Source: Candidatus Saccharimonadales bacterium (GTDB taxonomy: Bacteria; Patescibacteriota; Saccharimonadia; Saccharimonadales; UBA4665). Taken from it: a DNA stretch of 55,961 nt. Below the pieces are notes generated by a model. It was not told the DNA's origin, did not search any database, and saw only the letters and a program-made list of their open reading frames with translations. Location: NCBI GenBank assembly GCA_038238095.1, contig JBBRXZ010000001.1:1-55961 (forward strand). The letters run 5' to 3'. Below, piece by piece: positions 7,286 to 16,350 of this stretch. Each line of letters starts with the position of its first letter. Position 1 is the first letter of the stretch. The position numbers and the translations under genes were made by a program.

Positions 7286-7969
7286 ATGAAACACAAATCT
7301 CACTCCATAATTTCTAGAGTAAAGATATACCTTATTAAATACCGGAAAAGCTTGGCAATAGTAAGTTGCCTGGCAGTTTTATTTCTAATTGCATTCCTAA
7401 TCTTCTGTTATATGCTGGTTTCCTCGTATGGAAAATATATATTTGACTTCCCTGACACTGCCAGTATCAAGAAAACACACGTCTCAGTCGGTTTAGTGCT
7501 TGGAGCTGGCATCACCAAAAACGGTAAGCCATTCCGCGAGCTGCAATCGCGGCTCGATATAGCCGCTGATTCATTGAAGAAAGGCTATGTTAGAAAATTG
7601 CTACTTTCCGGCGATAACCGGTTCAAGCGCTACGATGAACCCGCTGCAATGGAAAACTATCTAGTGCATACTAAGCACATCTCCAAAAATAAGCTGCAGG
7701 TCGATGACGGCGGCCGAAGCACTTATGAATCATGCGAGCGCGTTTCCAAGGTTTTTGAAGTTAAGAAAATAATTATATTCAGCGCAAAATCACACCTGCC
7801 CCGGGCGATTTATGTCTGCCGGCACTTTGGAATTGAAGCCTACGGCATCCCGAGCAAAGTTGAAGCAAACAATAGCACACGCCGCGAAATACTGGCCCGG
7901 GCCAAAGCCATTGTCAACATCTACATATACGGCGAAAAAACCGTTTTAGGGAATCCCATTAAGCTATGA
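7286..7969 (+). CDS. sanA: SanA/YdcF (DUF218) family membrane protein
   Basis: N-terminal TM helix. LLLSGDNRFKRYDEPAAMENYL, SHLPRAIYVCRHFGIEAYGIPS and REILARAKAIVNIYI align with remembered E. coli SanA. Confidence 0.75.
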   Translation: MKHKSHSIISRVKIYLIKYRKSLAIVSCLAVLFLIAFLIFCYMLVSSYGKYIFDFPDTASIKKTHVSVGLVLGAGITKNGKPFRELQSRLDIAADSLKKGYVRKLLLSGDNRFKRYDEPAAMENYLVHTKHISKNKLQVDDGGRSTYESCERVSKVFEVKKIIIFSAKSHLPRAIYVCRHFGIEAYGIPSKVEANNSTRREILARAKAIVNIYIYGEKTVLGNPIKL

Positions 7970-8010
7970 GGCCACTATTAAGATATTAAATAGGGCCGAG
8001 ACTTAACACG

Positions 8011-8214
8011 CTACTTCTTAGGTTTGACTTCGTTGCGGCCAAGATTCTTTTTAGTTTCAGTGAAAATTACATGTTTACGTAGTCTTGGGCTGTACTTCTT
8101 AAGGCTTAACTTATCAGGAGAATTCATAGTGTTCTTAGTCGTGTAATAGAGGCGCTCGCCGCTTTCCTCGCTCACCATGCCGATAATCTTACGTTTGTCA
8201 CCTTTTTTAGCCAT
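8011..8214 (-). CDS. rpmG: 50S ribosomal protein L33 (cysteine-free form)
   Basis: [10 protein letters not shown]...YYTTKN...[21 protein letters not shown] matches the L33 pattern. No CxxC pairs. Confidence 0.85.
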   Translation of the reverse strand: MAKKGDKRKIIGMVSEESGERLYYTTKNTMNSPDKLSLKKYSPRLRKHVIFTETKKNLGRNEVKPKK

Positions 8215-8264
8215 AGACTATTAGCCTTTATAAATCTTACTTTGCACTTAATACTAACAGATGC

Positions 8265-8777
8265 CTAATGAATTGGGAATAGATTCTGTGGCTGGGCTTG
8301 ATTAACATCCAGTACGTGGAAGCCAAGAGTAGGAACCAATAAATTCTTGCCACGGAGTTCAATTCCTTCTTCCCTCATCTGTTTTGCACGGAGGCCCGCT
8401 ATTATTTCTCGGCTAGTTACCAGAGTTTGCTGAGGTGGCAGATCTTCAAGAAGTCGCTCCACCGAAGCTTCGACTTCTGAGGGGACATCGCCGTTATATA
8501 ACCTTCGTGCCAATTCCATTCGACTGCCATAATCGTCTTTACACGTTCCGTTTAGCGAGGGGATGACATTCATTGCCGAGAATCCCAGTAATACGCTTGT
8601 TTGGCGTGCTCTTAGCCGCTCGGAAGAAGCAACTGCAGTCATATCCCAGCCGTTGTCTCTAAGTATTTTACCAAGATATAATGATTGTCGAATACCAGAA
8701 AGTGTTAAAGGGGGGTCTTCGGGCCAATGTTCGCCCGTTGACATTTGTTCGCCATGACTAATAAAAAGTCGCTGCAT
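8265..8777 (-). CDS. Histidine-phosphatase (phosphoglycerate-mutase-like) family protein, atypical SHGE motif
   Basis: LFISHGEQ in place of RHGE, LTLSGIRQ, SSERLRARQT. The assignment is weak. Confidence 0.45.
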   Translation of the reverse strand: MQRLFISHGEQMSTGEHWPEDPPLTLSGIRQSLYLGKILRDNGWDMTAVASSERLRARQTSVLLGFSAMNVIPSLNGTCKDDYGSRMELARRLYNGDVPSEVEASVERLLEDLPPQQTLVTSREIIAGLRAKQMREEGIELRGKNLLVPTLGFHVLDVNQAQPQNLFPIH

Positions 8778-8810
8778 TAAAATACTATAACATATATCTT
8801 CAGATACAAA

Positions 8811-8835
8811 AATACCGGTTGATCAAACCGGTATT
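8811..8835 (-). terminator. 10-bp perfect hairpin with flanking T-runs on both strands (intrinsic-terminator-like)
   Basis: aataccggtt-gatca-aaccggtatt. The minus strand continues TTTGTATCTG, the plus strand cctgtttttc. Confidence 0.5.
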
Positions 8836-8987
8836 CCTGTTTTTCTTCTTGCAAGAAGGACAATTTGTAAGAATAATTCTTTTGGTTTTATTCTTACCTA
8901 GCGCTTATGGTAATAGACTGACAAGCTCTTGTCAACGGCTTCTCTAAGACTTCTCTAAGACTTTATCCACAGCCTAGACTAAAAACA

Positions 8988-9001
8988 CCCCTATAAGGGG
9001 C
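8988..9001 (-). terminator. Short hairpin + T-run downstream of tRNA-Thr(UGU)
   Basis: The minus strand reads ccccttataggggtgttttta. Confidence 0.35.
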
Positions 9002-9133
9002 GCTTTTCAGTGCTCGCGTGGTTACTTAACTAGCGTCTTGTAACTCGCTGGTCGGCACTAACTTGTATAGTAATCCCTGTTGCATAAACAGTGCTGTATA
9101 AATTATTACTAATTCCTCTACTACTTTTTACAT

Positions 9134-9209
9134 TGGAGCCACCTGTCGGATTCGAACCGACGACCTTCACTTTACAAAAGTGTTGCTCTAGCCACTGAGC
9201 TAAGGTGGC
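9134..9209 (-). tRNA. tRNA-Thr (anticodon UGU), CCA encoded
   Basis: Hand-folded cloverleaf: acceptor GCCACCT/AGGTGGC, D arm GCTC..GAGC, anticodon loop TTTGTAA, T arm GTCGG-TTCGAAT-CCGAC. Confidence 0.85.
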
Positions 9210-9221
9210 ACACACCCTCGA

Positions 9222-9650
9222 TTAAATAGATTTTTTAATGTATTTAAGCCTTCTCCAATCTCTGCCCATACCTCTATTAAGGTTTCTAAAGCTTGGAGTC
9301 AATGAGTGGCAATTTGGACAAATTAGGCGTAGATTGATTTCGAGATTATTTTCAGCGTTACCGTCTATGTGATCTATTTCTAAAGGCACCCTTCCGGTAG
9401 TTTCACTTACTCTATCCCAGCCACATAAAGAGCATGAAGCGCCGTATTTATCACGTAAGTATCGCCGTAAATGTCCAGAAATATTTTTAGCAGTGACGCC
9501 TCGGCTACCACTAACTTCACCGCGTTGCCATTTGACAACATACTCATGATACTGCCAGTCACCTTGGCACTTATTGGAGCAGTAGCGATAAGTCGATCTT
9601 TTAGCTGGCTTACCACACTGCAGACATAAAGACATGTGAGAAGTATACAC
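9222..9650 (-). CDS. HNH endonuclease
   Basis: N-terminal CLQCGK...YCSNKC zinc-finger-like region. LEIDHIDGNAENNLEINLRLICPNCH is an HNH core. Confidence 0.8.
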   Translation of the reverse strand: MYTSHMSLCLQCGKPAKRSTYRYCSNKCQGDWQYHEYVVKWQRGEVSGSRGVTAKNISGHLRRYLRDKYGASCSLCGWDRVSETTGRVPLEIDHIDGNAENNLEINLRLICPNCHSLTPSFRNLNRGMGRDWRRLKYIKKSI

Positions 9651-9755
9651 TTATCTAGTTTTGTTAAATAACCGCCAGATCCTTGTGTTGCACTGACAGA
9701 TGTAAAGTGTAGCAAAAACAGAGAGAATTTGCTACTATTTGTTTAGTTTCTGCCT

Positions 9756-9830
9756 GCCATCTTAGCTCAGGGGTAGAGCACATCCATGGTAAGGATGGGG
9801 TCCGGGGTTCAAATCCCCGAGATGGCTCCA
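9756..9830 (+). tRNA. tRNA-Thr (anticodon GGU), CCA encoded
   Basis: Acceptor GCCATCT/AGATGGC, anticodon stem CATCC/GGATG with loop ATGGTAA, T arm CGGGG-TTCAAAT-CCCCG. Confidence 0.85.
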
Positions 9831-9840
9831 TGTACAAAAC

Positions 9841-9926
9841 GCAGGGTTAGTGAAGCGGTCAAACACGGCAGACTGTAAATCTGCTGGCTTATGCCTTCGC
9901 AGGTTCGAATCCTGCACCCTGCACCA
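9841..9926 (+). tRNA. tRNA-Tyr (anticodon GUA), long variable arm, CCA encoded
   Basis: Acceptor GCAGGGT/ACCCTGC, anticodon stem GCAGA/TCTGC with loop CTGTAAA, extra arm, T arm GCAGG-TTCGAAT-CCTGC. Confidence 0.85.
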
Positions 9927-10002
9927 CAGATTAGAGCATTATAGAAGTCGAAACTTTGTTTAACCCTTGTAATTACACTTATTTCAATTAAACTCATAAC
10001 TA

Positions 10003-11025
10003 ATGAGCCTGTCTGCTATCGAAGAAGATATTCTTAAATCAATTGTTGTTGCCTCAGAAAACGATCCTTTAAAACCTGAGTTTCCTGTGGATGATCCTAA
10101 GTTTCCGGCAACTCCAACATATCAAATAGATGTTACCGGCTTCTCTAATGTTTGGCTAAAAGACGAGAGCCATAATCCAACCGGCACACATAAGGATAGG
10201 ATGGCTTGGGAAATTATTGTGACCTACCATGACTTCCTGTTAGCCAAAAAACATGCCCAAAGCAGTGAGCCATTACCCAGTATGTCCATAATCTCCTCTG
10301 GATCTGCAGCGATTGCCATTCAGACCCAACTCCGAAAATACAAGTTGCCAAACCTTAAAGTTTTGGTTGACTCTGCTATTTCTCCCACTAATCTGGCCTA
10401 CATGAAAAAACTGGGTTGTGAGATTTACGAAACGAGCTTGAGCAACAAGCCGCTTCATTGGAAAGATATCCTCAAGTTAACCCATAATCCTAACGGTTTT
10501 GACATAACTTCCAGCGAAGCACTCGACCCAACAACTCGTTTCTATGACTGGCTTAGTTATGAAATTATCAACTCTTCGCCTGACTATTGTTTTATACCGT
10601 TTGGTACAGGCAATTTGTTTGAGAACGTGTTAAATATCAATAAACGAGAAGTCTCGACCTCCAATCATGATCCAAGATTTAAGGGCAATGTCGACAAGTT
10701 AAGGCAATGTAGCTTTATGGCAGCCACTACCAATAATCCCAACTCGAAAGCCGGCAAGCTGTACTCTCCCCACCTGCCCTTCGTTCATTATGACGAACAG
10801 TGGATGCGGCTCTATAGGTATGCCGGTTTTTGTGGCCCAGAATCCAATGTTTATAATATGAAGGAAGAATATCTTGATGAGGCGATTGTATTATCTAATG
10901 AACTAGGGATTAAGTGTGAGCCTTCTGGAATTGCCGGATTGGCTCTGTTGCTCCAGATACAAGAAAAGATACCAAAGGATAAGAAGATCCTTATAGTAAA
11001 TACTGGAAAGACAAAGATTCATTAA
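10003..11025 (+). CDS. Fold-type II PLP-dependent enzyme (Trp-synthase-beta / Thr-synthase superfamily), specificity unknown
   Basis: ESHNPTGTHKDRMAW resembles the PLP-lysine motif (NPTGSFKDR). Also SSGSAAIA and a glycine-rich FGTGN loop. Confidence 0.5.
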   Translation: MSLSAIEEDILKSIVVASENDPLKPEFPVDDPKFPATPTYQIDVTGFSNVWLKDESHNPTGTHKDRMAWEIIVTYHDFLLAKKHAQSSEPLPSMSIISSGSAAIAIQTQLRKYKLPNLKVLVDSAISPTNLAYMKKLGCEIYETSLSNKPLHWKDILKLTHNPNGFDITSSEALDPTTRFYDWLSYEIINSSPDYCFIPFGTGNLFENVLNINKREVSTSNHDPRFKGNVDKLRQCSFMAATTNNPNSKAGKLYSPHLPFVHYDEQWMRLYRYAGFCGPESNVYNMKEEYLDEAIVLSNELGIKCEPSGIAGLALLLQIQEKIPKDKKILIVNTGKTKIH

Positions 11026-11123
11026 CCGGTTAGGTAGCAGTGTGAATGTTGACCTGAACAGTGTTCTAGGTCTAGACTCAAACATATTAACTTTGATGCT
11101 AGAGCATTCAAGAAGAGTTGTGT

Positions 11124-11681
11124 ATGTCTTTATTAAAAGTAGTCCGGTTGGGGCATCCATCGCTTAGGGCGAAGTCAAAGGCCGTTACTAAGAAAGAGCT
11201 GAAATCCAAGGCATTTCAAAAGTTTTTGGATGATTTGGCGCAAGTTTGCGATAAAAATCAGGGAGCCGGGATCGCGGCGCCGCAAGTAGGTGTTAATAAG
11301 CAGGTTATCGTGGTGCATATAGACCCTAAAAACCCACGTTATCCCAGGAAGAAGCCTTTTCCGCTTACCATTGTTATTAATCCTAAAGTCTTAAAACGTA
11401 GTAAAGCGACAATAGAAGATTGGGAAGGTGATCTGTCCTGTGACTTACGAGCCCTTGTCCCCCGCCCTAAAAGTTGCGTTATCGCCGGTCTAGACCGCCA
11501 TGGCCAGCCAGTAACCTATAACTTAAGATACGATTTTCACGCCCGCGTTTTTCAGCATGAAATTGATCACCTTGACGGCATGTTTTTACTGGATAGGGTT
11601 AAGCGAAAGGAAACCATTAGCGAGACGGCCGAATGGAAAAAATATTGGAAGCCCAAGAAATCCGGTAAACGCGCGGATTAG
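11124..11681 (+). CDS. def: Peptide deformylase
   Basis: Motif 1 GAGIAAPQVG and motif 3 QHEIDHLDG. Motif 2 reads EGDLSC instead of EGCLS. ATG at 11124; the tracked start 11118 is a TTG. Confidence 0.8.
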   Translation: MSLLKVVRLGHPSLRAKSKAVTKKELKSKAFQKFLDDLAQVCDKNQGAGIAAPQVGVNKQVIVVHIDPKNPRYPRKKPFPLTIVINPKVLKRSKATIEDWEGDLSCDLRALVPRPKSCVIAGLDRHGQPVTYNLRYDFHARVFQHEIDHLDGMFLLDRVKRKETISETAEWKKYWKPKKSGKRAD

Positions 11682-12334
11682 ACAACTACTCGGCGGCGGT
11701 GGCGGAGGATGCGCTTGGCGCGGCCGGCTGGGGCTTTGAACTTTTTAAGCCGGTCGGCTATAAGGTCGGCTTCGGCTTCCTGGCCATGACTTTTGTAGGC
11801 TTTGAAAAGTAGTGTGAAGGTTTCGCGGTTTGGCTCAAGCTCCGAGGCTTTCTCCAACTCCTGGAACATCATTTTGTCGTTGCCGAGTTTTTCCTGGACT
11901 TTGGCATAAGCCACGTGGCGGGCAGCCAGGCCATCTTCCAGTTTCAAGGCCTGTTCAAAAGCCACAGCAGCTTTTTCGTAGTTTTCAGTCTCATAATAAA
12001 TTAGCCCCAGATTATGCAGACTTGAAGCCGTGGCCTCAATGCTAGAAGCGATCTCGAAGCAGTCTATGGCATCGCGGTACTCTTTCTGCTTAGCATAGAG
12101 AATGCCCAGTCGGTTATAGGCGGGGGCATTCTTTTCGTCAATTTTCAGGATGGTCAGCAGGGCCTTTTCGGCGCGCAGGAAGCGGTGTTCGCGCATACCC
12201 TGATGGGAAATATCCCATAATTTGCCTAGCCGGTCGCCGACTTTTCTGGAGACATTGGCAAACTCATCGTCATGGACCTGGGAGTTATGGTATGCCAAGG
12301 CACCGAAGGCCGCTACTATTATTAGCTCATACAT
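11678..12334 (-). CDS. TPR-repeat protein with N-terminal membrane anchor
   Basis: Hydrophobic N-terminus. Repeated A-x-x-Y/F-x-x-A-L..P helix pairs (YNRLGILYAKQKEYRDAIDCFEIA, LHNLGLIYYETENYEKAAVAFEQAL). Confidence 0.6.
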   Translation of the reverse strand: MYELIIVAAFGALAYHNSQVHDDEFANVSRKVGDRLGKLWDISHQGMREHRFLRAEKALLTILKIDEKNAPAYNRLGILYAKQKEYRDAIDCFEIASSIEATASSLHNLGLIYYETENYEKAAVAFEQALKLEDGLAARHVAYAKVQEKLGNDKMMFQELEKASELEPNRETFTLLFKAYKSHGQEAEADLIADRLKKFKAPAGRAKRILRHRRRVVV

Positions 12335-12357
12335 CGATCGCTATAGTATAGCATGGG

Positions 12358-13215
12358 CTAAAAACCGAGCATCAGCTTAGTCAGAGCCAGCTTAGGCTGG
12401 GCACTGCCAGACAGGGCTTCGGCCGCTTCGTAGCTGGCGGTGAGGACGTCTTGCCATTTTTTGGCGGTTGCACCTTTGGCGTTCTGGAGACTGACATGAG
12501 CCATTTGCTGGAGTATGAAGCATAAGTTCAGGGCGTGCTCACGCTGTTTGGATAATTCATCGACTGATAGGAGGCGCTCGTAAGGCGATTGACTGAGCAG
12601 TTGGCGAGCCATTTCAGTAGCCTGCGTCAGCGGATGATCGATTTGATTAAGCAGGGCCTGCATCAGACCGGGAAGACCGCCGGAAATAGCGTACGCCCGG
12701 ATTATCGCCTTATCGTCAAAGTTCTGGAGCTTAAAATGGTCTTGTACGTCCGCCTTAGCTGGTCGTTTTATGTCTATTAATTGGGCTCGGGAACGGACGG
12801 TAGGCAGTAAGGCCTTTTCGTGATTAACACTCAATATAATAAGAGTGCCGGCTGGCGGCTCCTCCAGTGTTTTGAGCAGAGCGTTTTGAGCCTCAGCAGT
12901 CAACAGATGGGCAGCTTCTATAACGACCGCTCGGTTATGTGTTGCCGCTCTAGGCACCTTTAGGGTTAAAAAGTGTTCCAGTTCCCGTACGGCTTCGATA
13001 CCTATAGATTTGCCTTCAGCTGTGCCAATAATCAATTTGTAGGGATAATTTGTGAAGGTGCCGGCTGGCAGCTCAAGTACTGCTTCGCTCAATTTAGTGG
13101 CCATGGTTTGCTTACCGCTGCCTACAGGTCCGGCCAGCATAACCGCATGTGACGGTGACGACACAAAATCATCAATCTGGCGACGGGTTACCGGGTGCAA
13201 TATCAGATTGTTCAT
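12358..13215 (-). CDS. holB: DNA polymerase III delta-prime subunit
   Basis: HAVMLAGPVGSGKQT, NALLKTLEEPP, TVRSRAQ. Confidence 0.75.
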   Translation of the reverse strand: MNNLILHPVTRRQIDDFVSSPSHAVMLAGPVGSGKQTMATKLSEAVLELPAGTFTNYPYKLIIGTAEGKSIGIEAVRELEHFLTLKVPRAATHNRAVVIEAAHLLTAEAQNALLKTLEEPPAGTLIILSVNHEKALLPTVRSRAQLIDIKRPAKADVQDHFKLQNFDDKAIIRAYAISGGLPGLMQALLNQIDHPLTQATEMARQLLSQSPYERLLSVDELSKQREHALNLCFILQQMAHVSLQNAKGATAKKWQDVLTASYEAAEALSGSAQPKLALTKLMLGF

Positions 13216-14069
13216 ACCTTAAAAAGCTCCTTGAAATCCGGCGGCAAGAGCACTTTGAACACCTTTCGCTGCTTGTTCGGCAAAGTTATTTCCAGGCTTA
13301 AAGCCTGTAAAAATAGCCGCTCAGCTGACTTGCCGCCGTAGAAAGTATCACCAACTATAGGATGGCCGAGGTGCTCTAAGTGAACCCGGAGCTGGTGGGT
13401 CCGGCCGGTTGTCGGAATTAGTTCAAGTAAACTGAGCTTTCCATCTGTTTTTAAGACTTTGTAAGCCGTAACTGCGGATTTGCCATTGCTGCCAACACGG
13501 AAGGTCTGCGGTTTCTTCGGGTTTCGCTCAATCGGCATGTCTATTATGGCTTGCTCCTGCTTTGGCACTCCTGTAACTATTGCCGCATAAGTCTTTTTGA
13601 CTTTACGCTGCGAGAACTGTTTTTGCAGCCAGCCGAGAGCTGCCGGCGTCTTAGCGCAAATCATCACGCCGCTGGTAGCCCGATCCAGGCGATGGACAAT
13701 GCCCGCCCGCTCGCCTTTCAATGATTTCATCCGGCTCCGCAGCCAGGTAGATACCGTCGCTTCAGGATTAAAAGCGCCCTTGCTATGTGTTAGTAAGCCG
13801 ACGGGCTTATTGATGACTACGCAGTCATCATCTTCATATAGTATAGGCAGCTCAATATCGGGGAACTCCACGGTTTTGGCCGGATCATGGCCGATATTGA
13901 TCTGATCGGCTTCCCGCACTTTATAGCCGGCCTTTAATTGCGGTTCGCCATTGACGGCTATGTCGCCGTCTTCGATTAACCTTACCGCAAAGCTCCGGCT
14001 CACCCCGGGGCGATGCCGCACCACATACTGGTCGAGCCGTTCTGCCCTGCTCACCTTTAAATTGCTCAT
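13212..14069 (-). CDS. rluD: RluA-family 23S rRNA pseudouridine synthase (RluD-like, S4 domain)
   Basis: N-terminal S4-like RLDQYV. Catalytic HRLDRATSGVMI, and GRTHQLRVH. Confidence 0.8.
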   Translation of the reverse strand: MSNLKVSRAERLDQYVVRHRPGVSRSFAVRLIEDGDIAVNGEPQLKAGYKVREADQINIGHDPAKTVEFPDIELPILYEDDDCVVINKPVGLLTHSKGAFNPEATVSTWLRSRMKSLKGERAGIVHRLDRATSGVMICAKTPAALGWLQKQFSQRKVKKTYAAIVTGVPKQEQAIIDMPIERNPKKPQTFRVGSNGKSAVTAYKVLKTDGKLSLLELIPTTGRTHQLRVHLEHLGHPIVGDTFYGGKSAERLFLQALSLEITLPNKQRKVFKVLLPPDFKELFKV

Positions 14070-15086
14070 TTATGGCCTCAGACCGACGGCTTTTTGGACT
14101 TCATGAAGTTTGCGGCCGGATATTTCCCGCATTGCCTGCTCGCTGGCTTCCAGCTTGCTAAAAATCGCTGTTTCATCGACTTTTGCCAGTTTGACCTGGA
14201 AGTCAGACAAAAATTTACCGATTTTGTCGGCTACGGCAGTTTTAAGAGGTCCGTACTGTGCCTGGCCAATAAATTCATCAGCATGCCCGCCCATCAGTTT
14301 TAAAATATCGAGCAAATTGCTGACACCCGGCTGCTTCTCGTAATCGTAGTGCACTCTGCCCAGGCTATCGGTTTCGGCACTCATAATCTTTTTCTTGGTA
14401 GTGTCCGGACTATCTGTCAAAAAGATAACGCCTTTACCCGACTCATCACTTTTGCTCATCTTTTTGGTCGGATCTTGTAGGTCACGTACACGCAATCCTT
14501 GGTCTTTGCCAAAGAACTCATGCTGATCTTTGACAGCTTTTGGCACTGTGAATAAATCACCAAACCTCTTATTAATTCTTACTGCTATGTCTCTTGTGAA
14601 CTCCAGATGCTGCGTTTGGTCGTCTCCTACAGGCACATACTCCGTATCATATAGCAATATATCGACTGCCATAAGCACAGGGTAATTAAACAAGCCGAGG
14701 CTAATACGATCAGCATCTAGTCTGGATGATTTATCTTTAAATTGTGTCATACGACTCATTTCACCAAAACCAGTAAAGCAATCAAGGATCCATGTCATTT
14801 CACTATGGGCCGGGATATAACTCTGACGATAAATGAAAACATCATTGTGGTCTATTGGCAGTCCAGCAGCCACACACACCTTAAGATTCTGCATGATGGA
14901 CGTTTGCAAATCGGCATGCTCTATAGGGGTAGTAAAACTATGCAAGTCTGGGATGAACAGATTAATTTGGTACTCACCAGCGCGCTGTTTGGCCATATCG
15001 ACTATTGGCAGCAACGCACCAAGATAGTTTCCCAAGTGTAAATCGTTATTAGCCCGCAGGCCAGTCAAAATTACTGGTTTACTCAT
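14070..15086 (-). CDS. trpS: Tryptophan--tRNA ligase
   Basis: TGLRANNDLHLGNYLGA (HIGH-type), KMSKS, size 338 aa. Confidence 0.9.
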   Translation of the reverse strand: MSKPVILTGLRANNDLHLGNYLGALLPIVDMAKQRAGEYQINLFIPDLHSFTTPIEHADLQTSIMQNLKVCVAAGLPIDHNDVFIYRQSYIPAHSEMTWILDCFTGFGEMSRMTQFKDKSSRLDADRISLGLFNYPVLMAVDILLYDTEYVPVGDDQTQHLEFTRDIAVRINKRFGDLFTVPKAVKDQHEFFGKDQGLRVRDLQDPTKKMSKSDESGKGVIFLTDSPDTTKKKIMSAETDSLGRVHYDYEKQPGVSNLLDILKLMGGHADEFIGQAQYGPLKTAVADKIGKFLSDFQVKLAKVDETAIFSKLEASEQAMREISGRKLHEVQKAVGLRP

Positions 15087-15246
15087 AACTTTCCCTATTA
15101 TATAGCTTCTCGCCTGACCAGCATATTACCTAATGGAAGGCTGTAACGGTTCCGCATATAATTCTCCTTTATCCGGCGGATTATAGCTGAGCTTTTGGTT
15201 TGCCGTGAATAGACGTTAGGAGCAGGGCTCTAACTGATTAGATGGT

Positions 15247-16350
15247 ATGATTAATAATATGCACAAAATCATCCTTCAGCCAAATGCTAAGCTAGCCAAA
15301 GACAGCACGATTTTCATTGGTGGGGGCATTCTTTCAGAAATCGGGTCTCTCTACGACCTTAAACAATATTCCAAAGTGTTTGTAGTAACTGACGAAGGTG
15401 TAGCCCCGCTGCTGCTTGATCCACTATTATCTGTGTTGCCAGCCGGATCGGGCTCTATTGTTTTGCCAAATGGTGAGCAGCAGAAAAACATTGAAGGTGT
15501 ACAAAAGATCTGGACAGCAATGCATGATGCTAAATGTGACCGGAAATCTGTAGTCATTAACCTTGGCGGTGGGGTAATCGGTGATATTGGAGGCTTCGCT
15601 GCTTCTACCTATATGCGCGGCCTTGAATTTTTGAATGTTCCAACCACTCTACTTTCACAAGTGGATGCTGGTATAGGCGGTAAAAATGGCTTTAATTTCA
15701 GTGGGATAAAAAATTTAATAGGAACATTTAACCAGCCTATTGGTATCATGATCGACCCCCGGACACTGGGCAGTGTTCCTGAGCGCGAATTCTTATCCGG
15801 CTTTGCTGAAATTATCAAACACGGCTTGATTTGGGACAAAGCATACTTTAAACAGGTTACTTCCAAAAAGCCCCTGGATTACACTCAGAAGGAGCTGACG
15901 GATATTATTGCCCGGTCCTGCCAAATAAAAGCCGATATCGTCCAGAGTGACACTAACGAAGAGGGTGTCAGGAAACTTGTAAATTTTGGGCACACAGTAG
16001 GCCATGCACTTGAGGCTCTAAGCTTAAATTTGGACACACCTATGGTGCATGGTGAAGCGATTAGTATCGGTATGATTGTTGAAGCAGATATATCCCAACG
16101 TATGGATTTACTGCCTTCAACTGATTTACCTACTATCAAACAAGCATTTGTAGATGCCGGATTACCCGTAAATACACAAGTTTCTAGCATAGCCAGTGTC
16201 CAAGAAAAAATGAAATCCGATAAGAAAAACGAAAACGGCAATGTCAATTTTACATTGCTAACAGGCATAGGACATGCCGTCTTCAACCAACGTGTGGATG
16301 AATCTGTAGTATCCGCATCCTTGCAAGCTCACATATCCGAGTCGCCATGA
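15247..16350 (+). CDS. aroB: 3-dehydroquinate synthase
   Basis: GGGVIGDIGGFAASTYMRG, VPTTLLSQVDAGIGGKNG, FGHTVGHALE. Confidence 0.9.
   Translation: MINNMHKIILQPNAKLAKDSTIFIGGGILSEIGSLYDLKQYSKVFVVTDEGVAPLLLDPLLSVLPAGSGSIVLPNGEQQKNIEGVQKIWTAMHDAKCDRKSVVINLGGGVIGDIGGFAASTYMRGLEFLNVPTTLLSQVDAGIGGKNGFNFSGIKNLIGTFNQPIGIMIDPRTLGSVPEREFLSGFAEIIKHGLIWDKAYFKQVTSKKPLDYTQKELTDIIARSCQIKADIVQSDTNEEGVRKLVNFGHTVGHALEALSLNLDTPMVHGEAISIGMIVEADISQRMDLLPSTDLPTIKQAFVDAGLPVNTQVSSIASVQEKMKSDKKNENGNVNFTLLTGIGHAVFNQRVDESVVSASLQAHISESP

Noticed and set aside
8940-8961. Short tandem repeats containing tctaag (also at 28194..28221), considered as a possible CRISPR or mini-array
   Set aside because: There are only two adjacent copies with no spacers, and the units (11-14 nt) are far shorter than CRISPR repeats. 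No cas genes are present in the window.
9030-9215. Tracked 61-aa minus-strand ORF
   Set aside because: It is the translation of the tRNA-Thr(UGU) gene and its 3' flank, so it is not a protein gene.
15087-15246. Possible T-box or other leader for trpS in the trpS/aroB divergent intergenic region
   Set aside because: Only 160 nt are shared by two divergent promoters. I found no T-box consensus, no specifier-like stem and no terminator hairpin.
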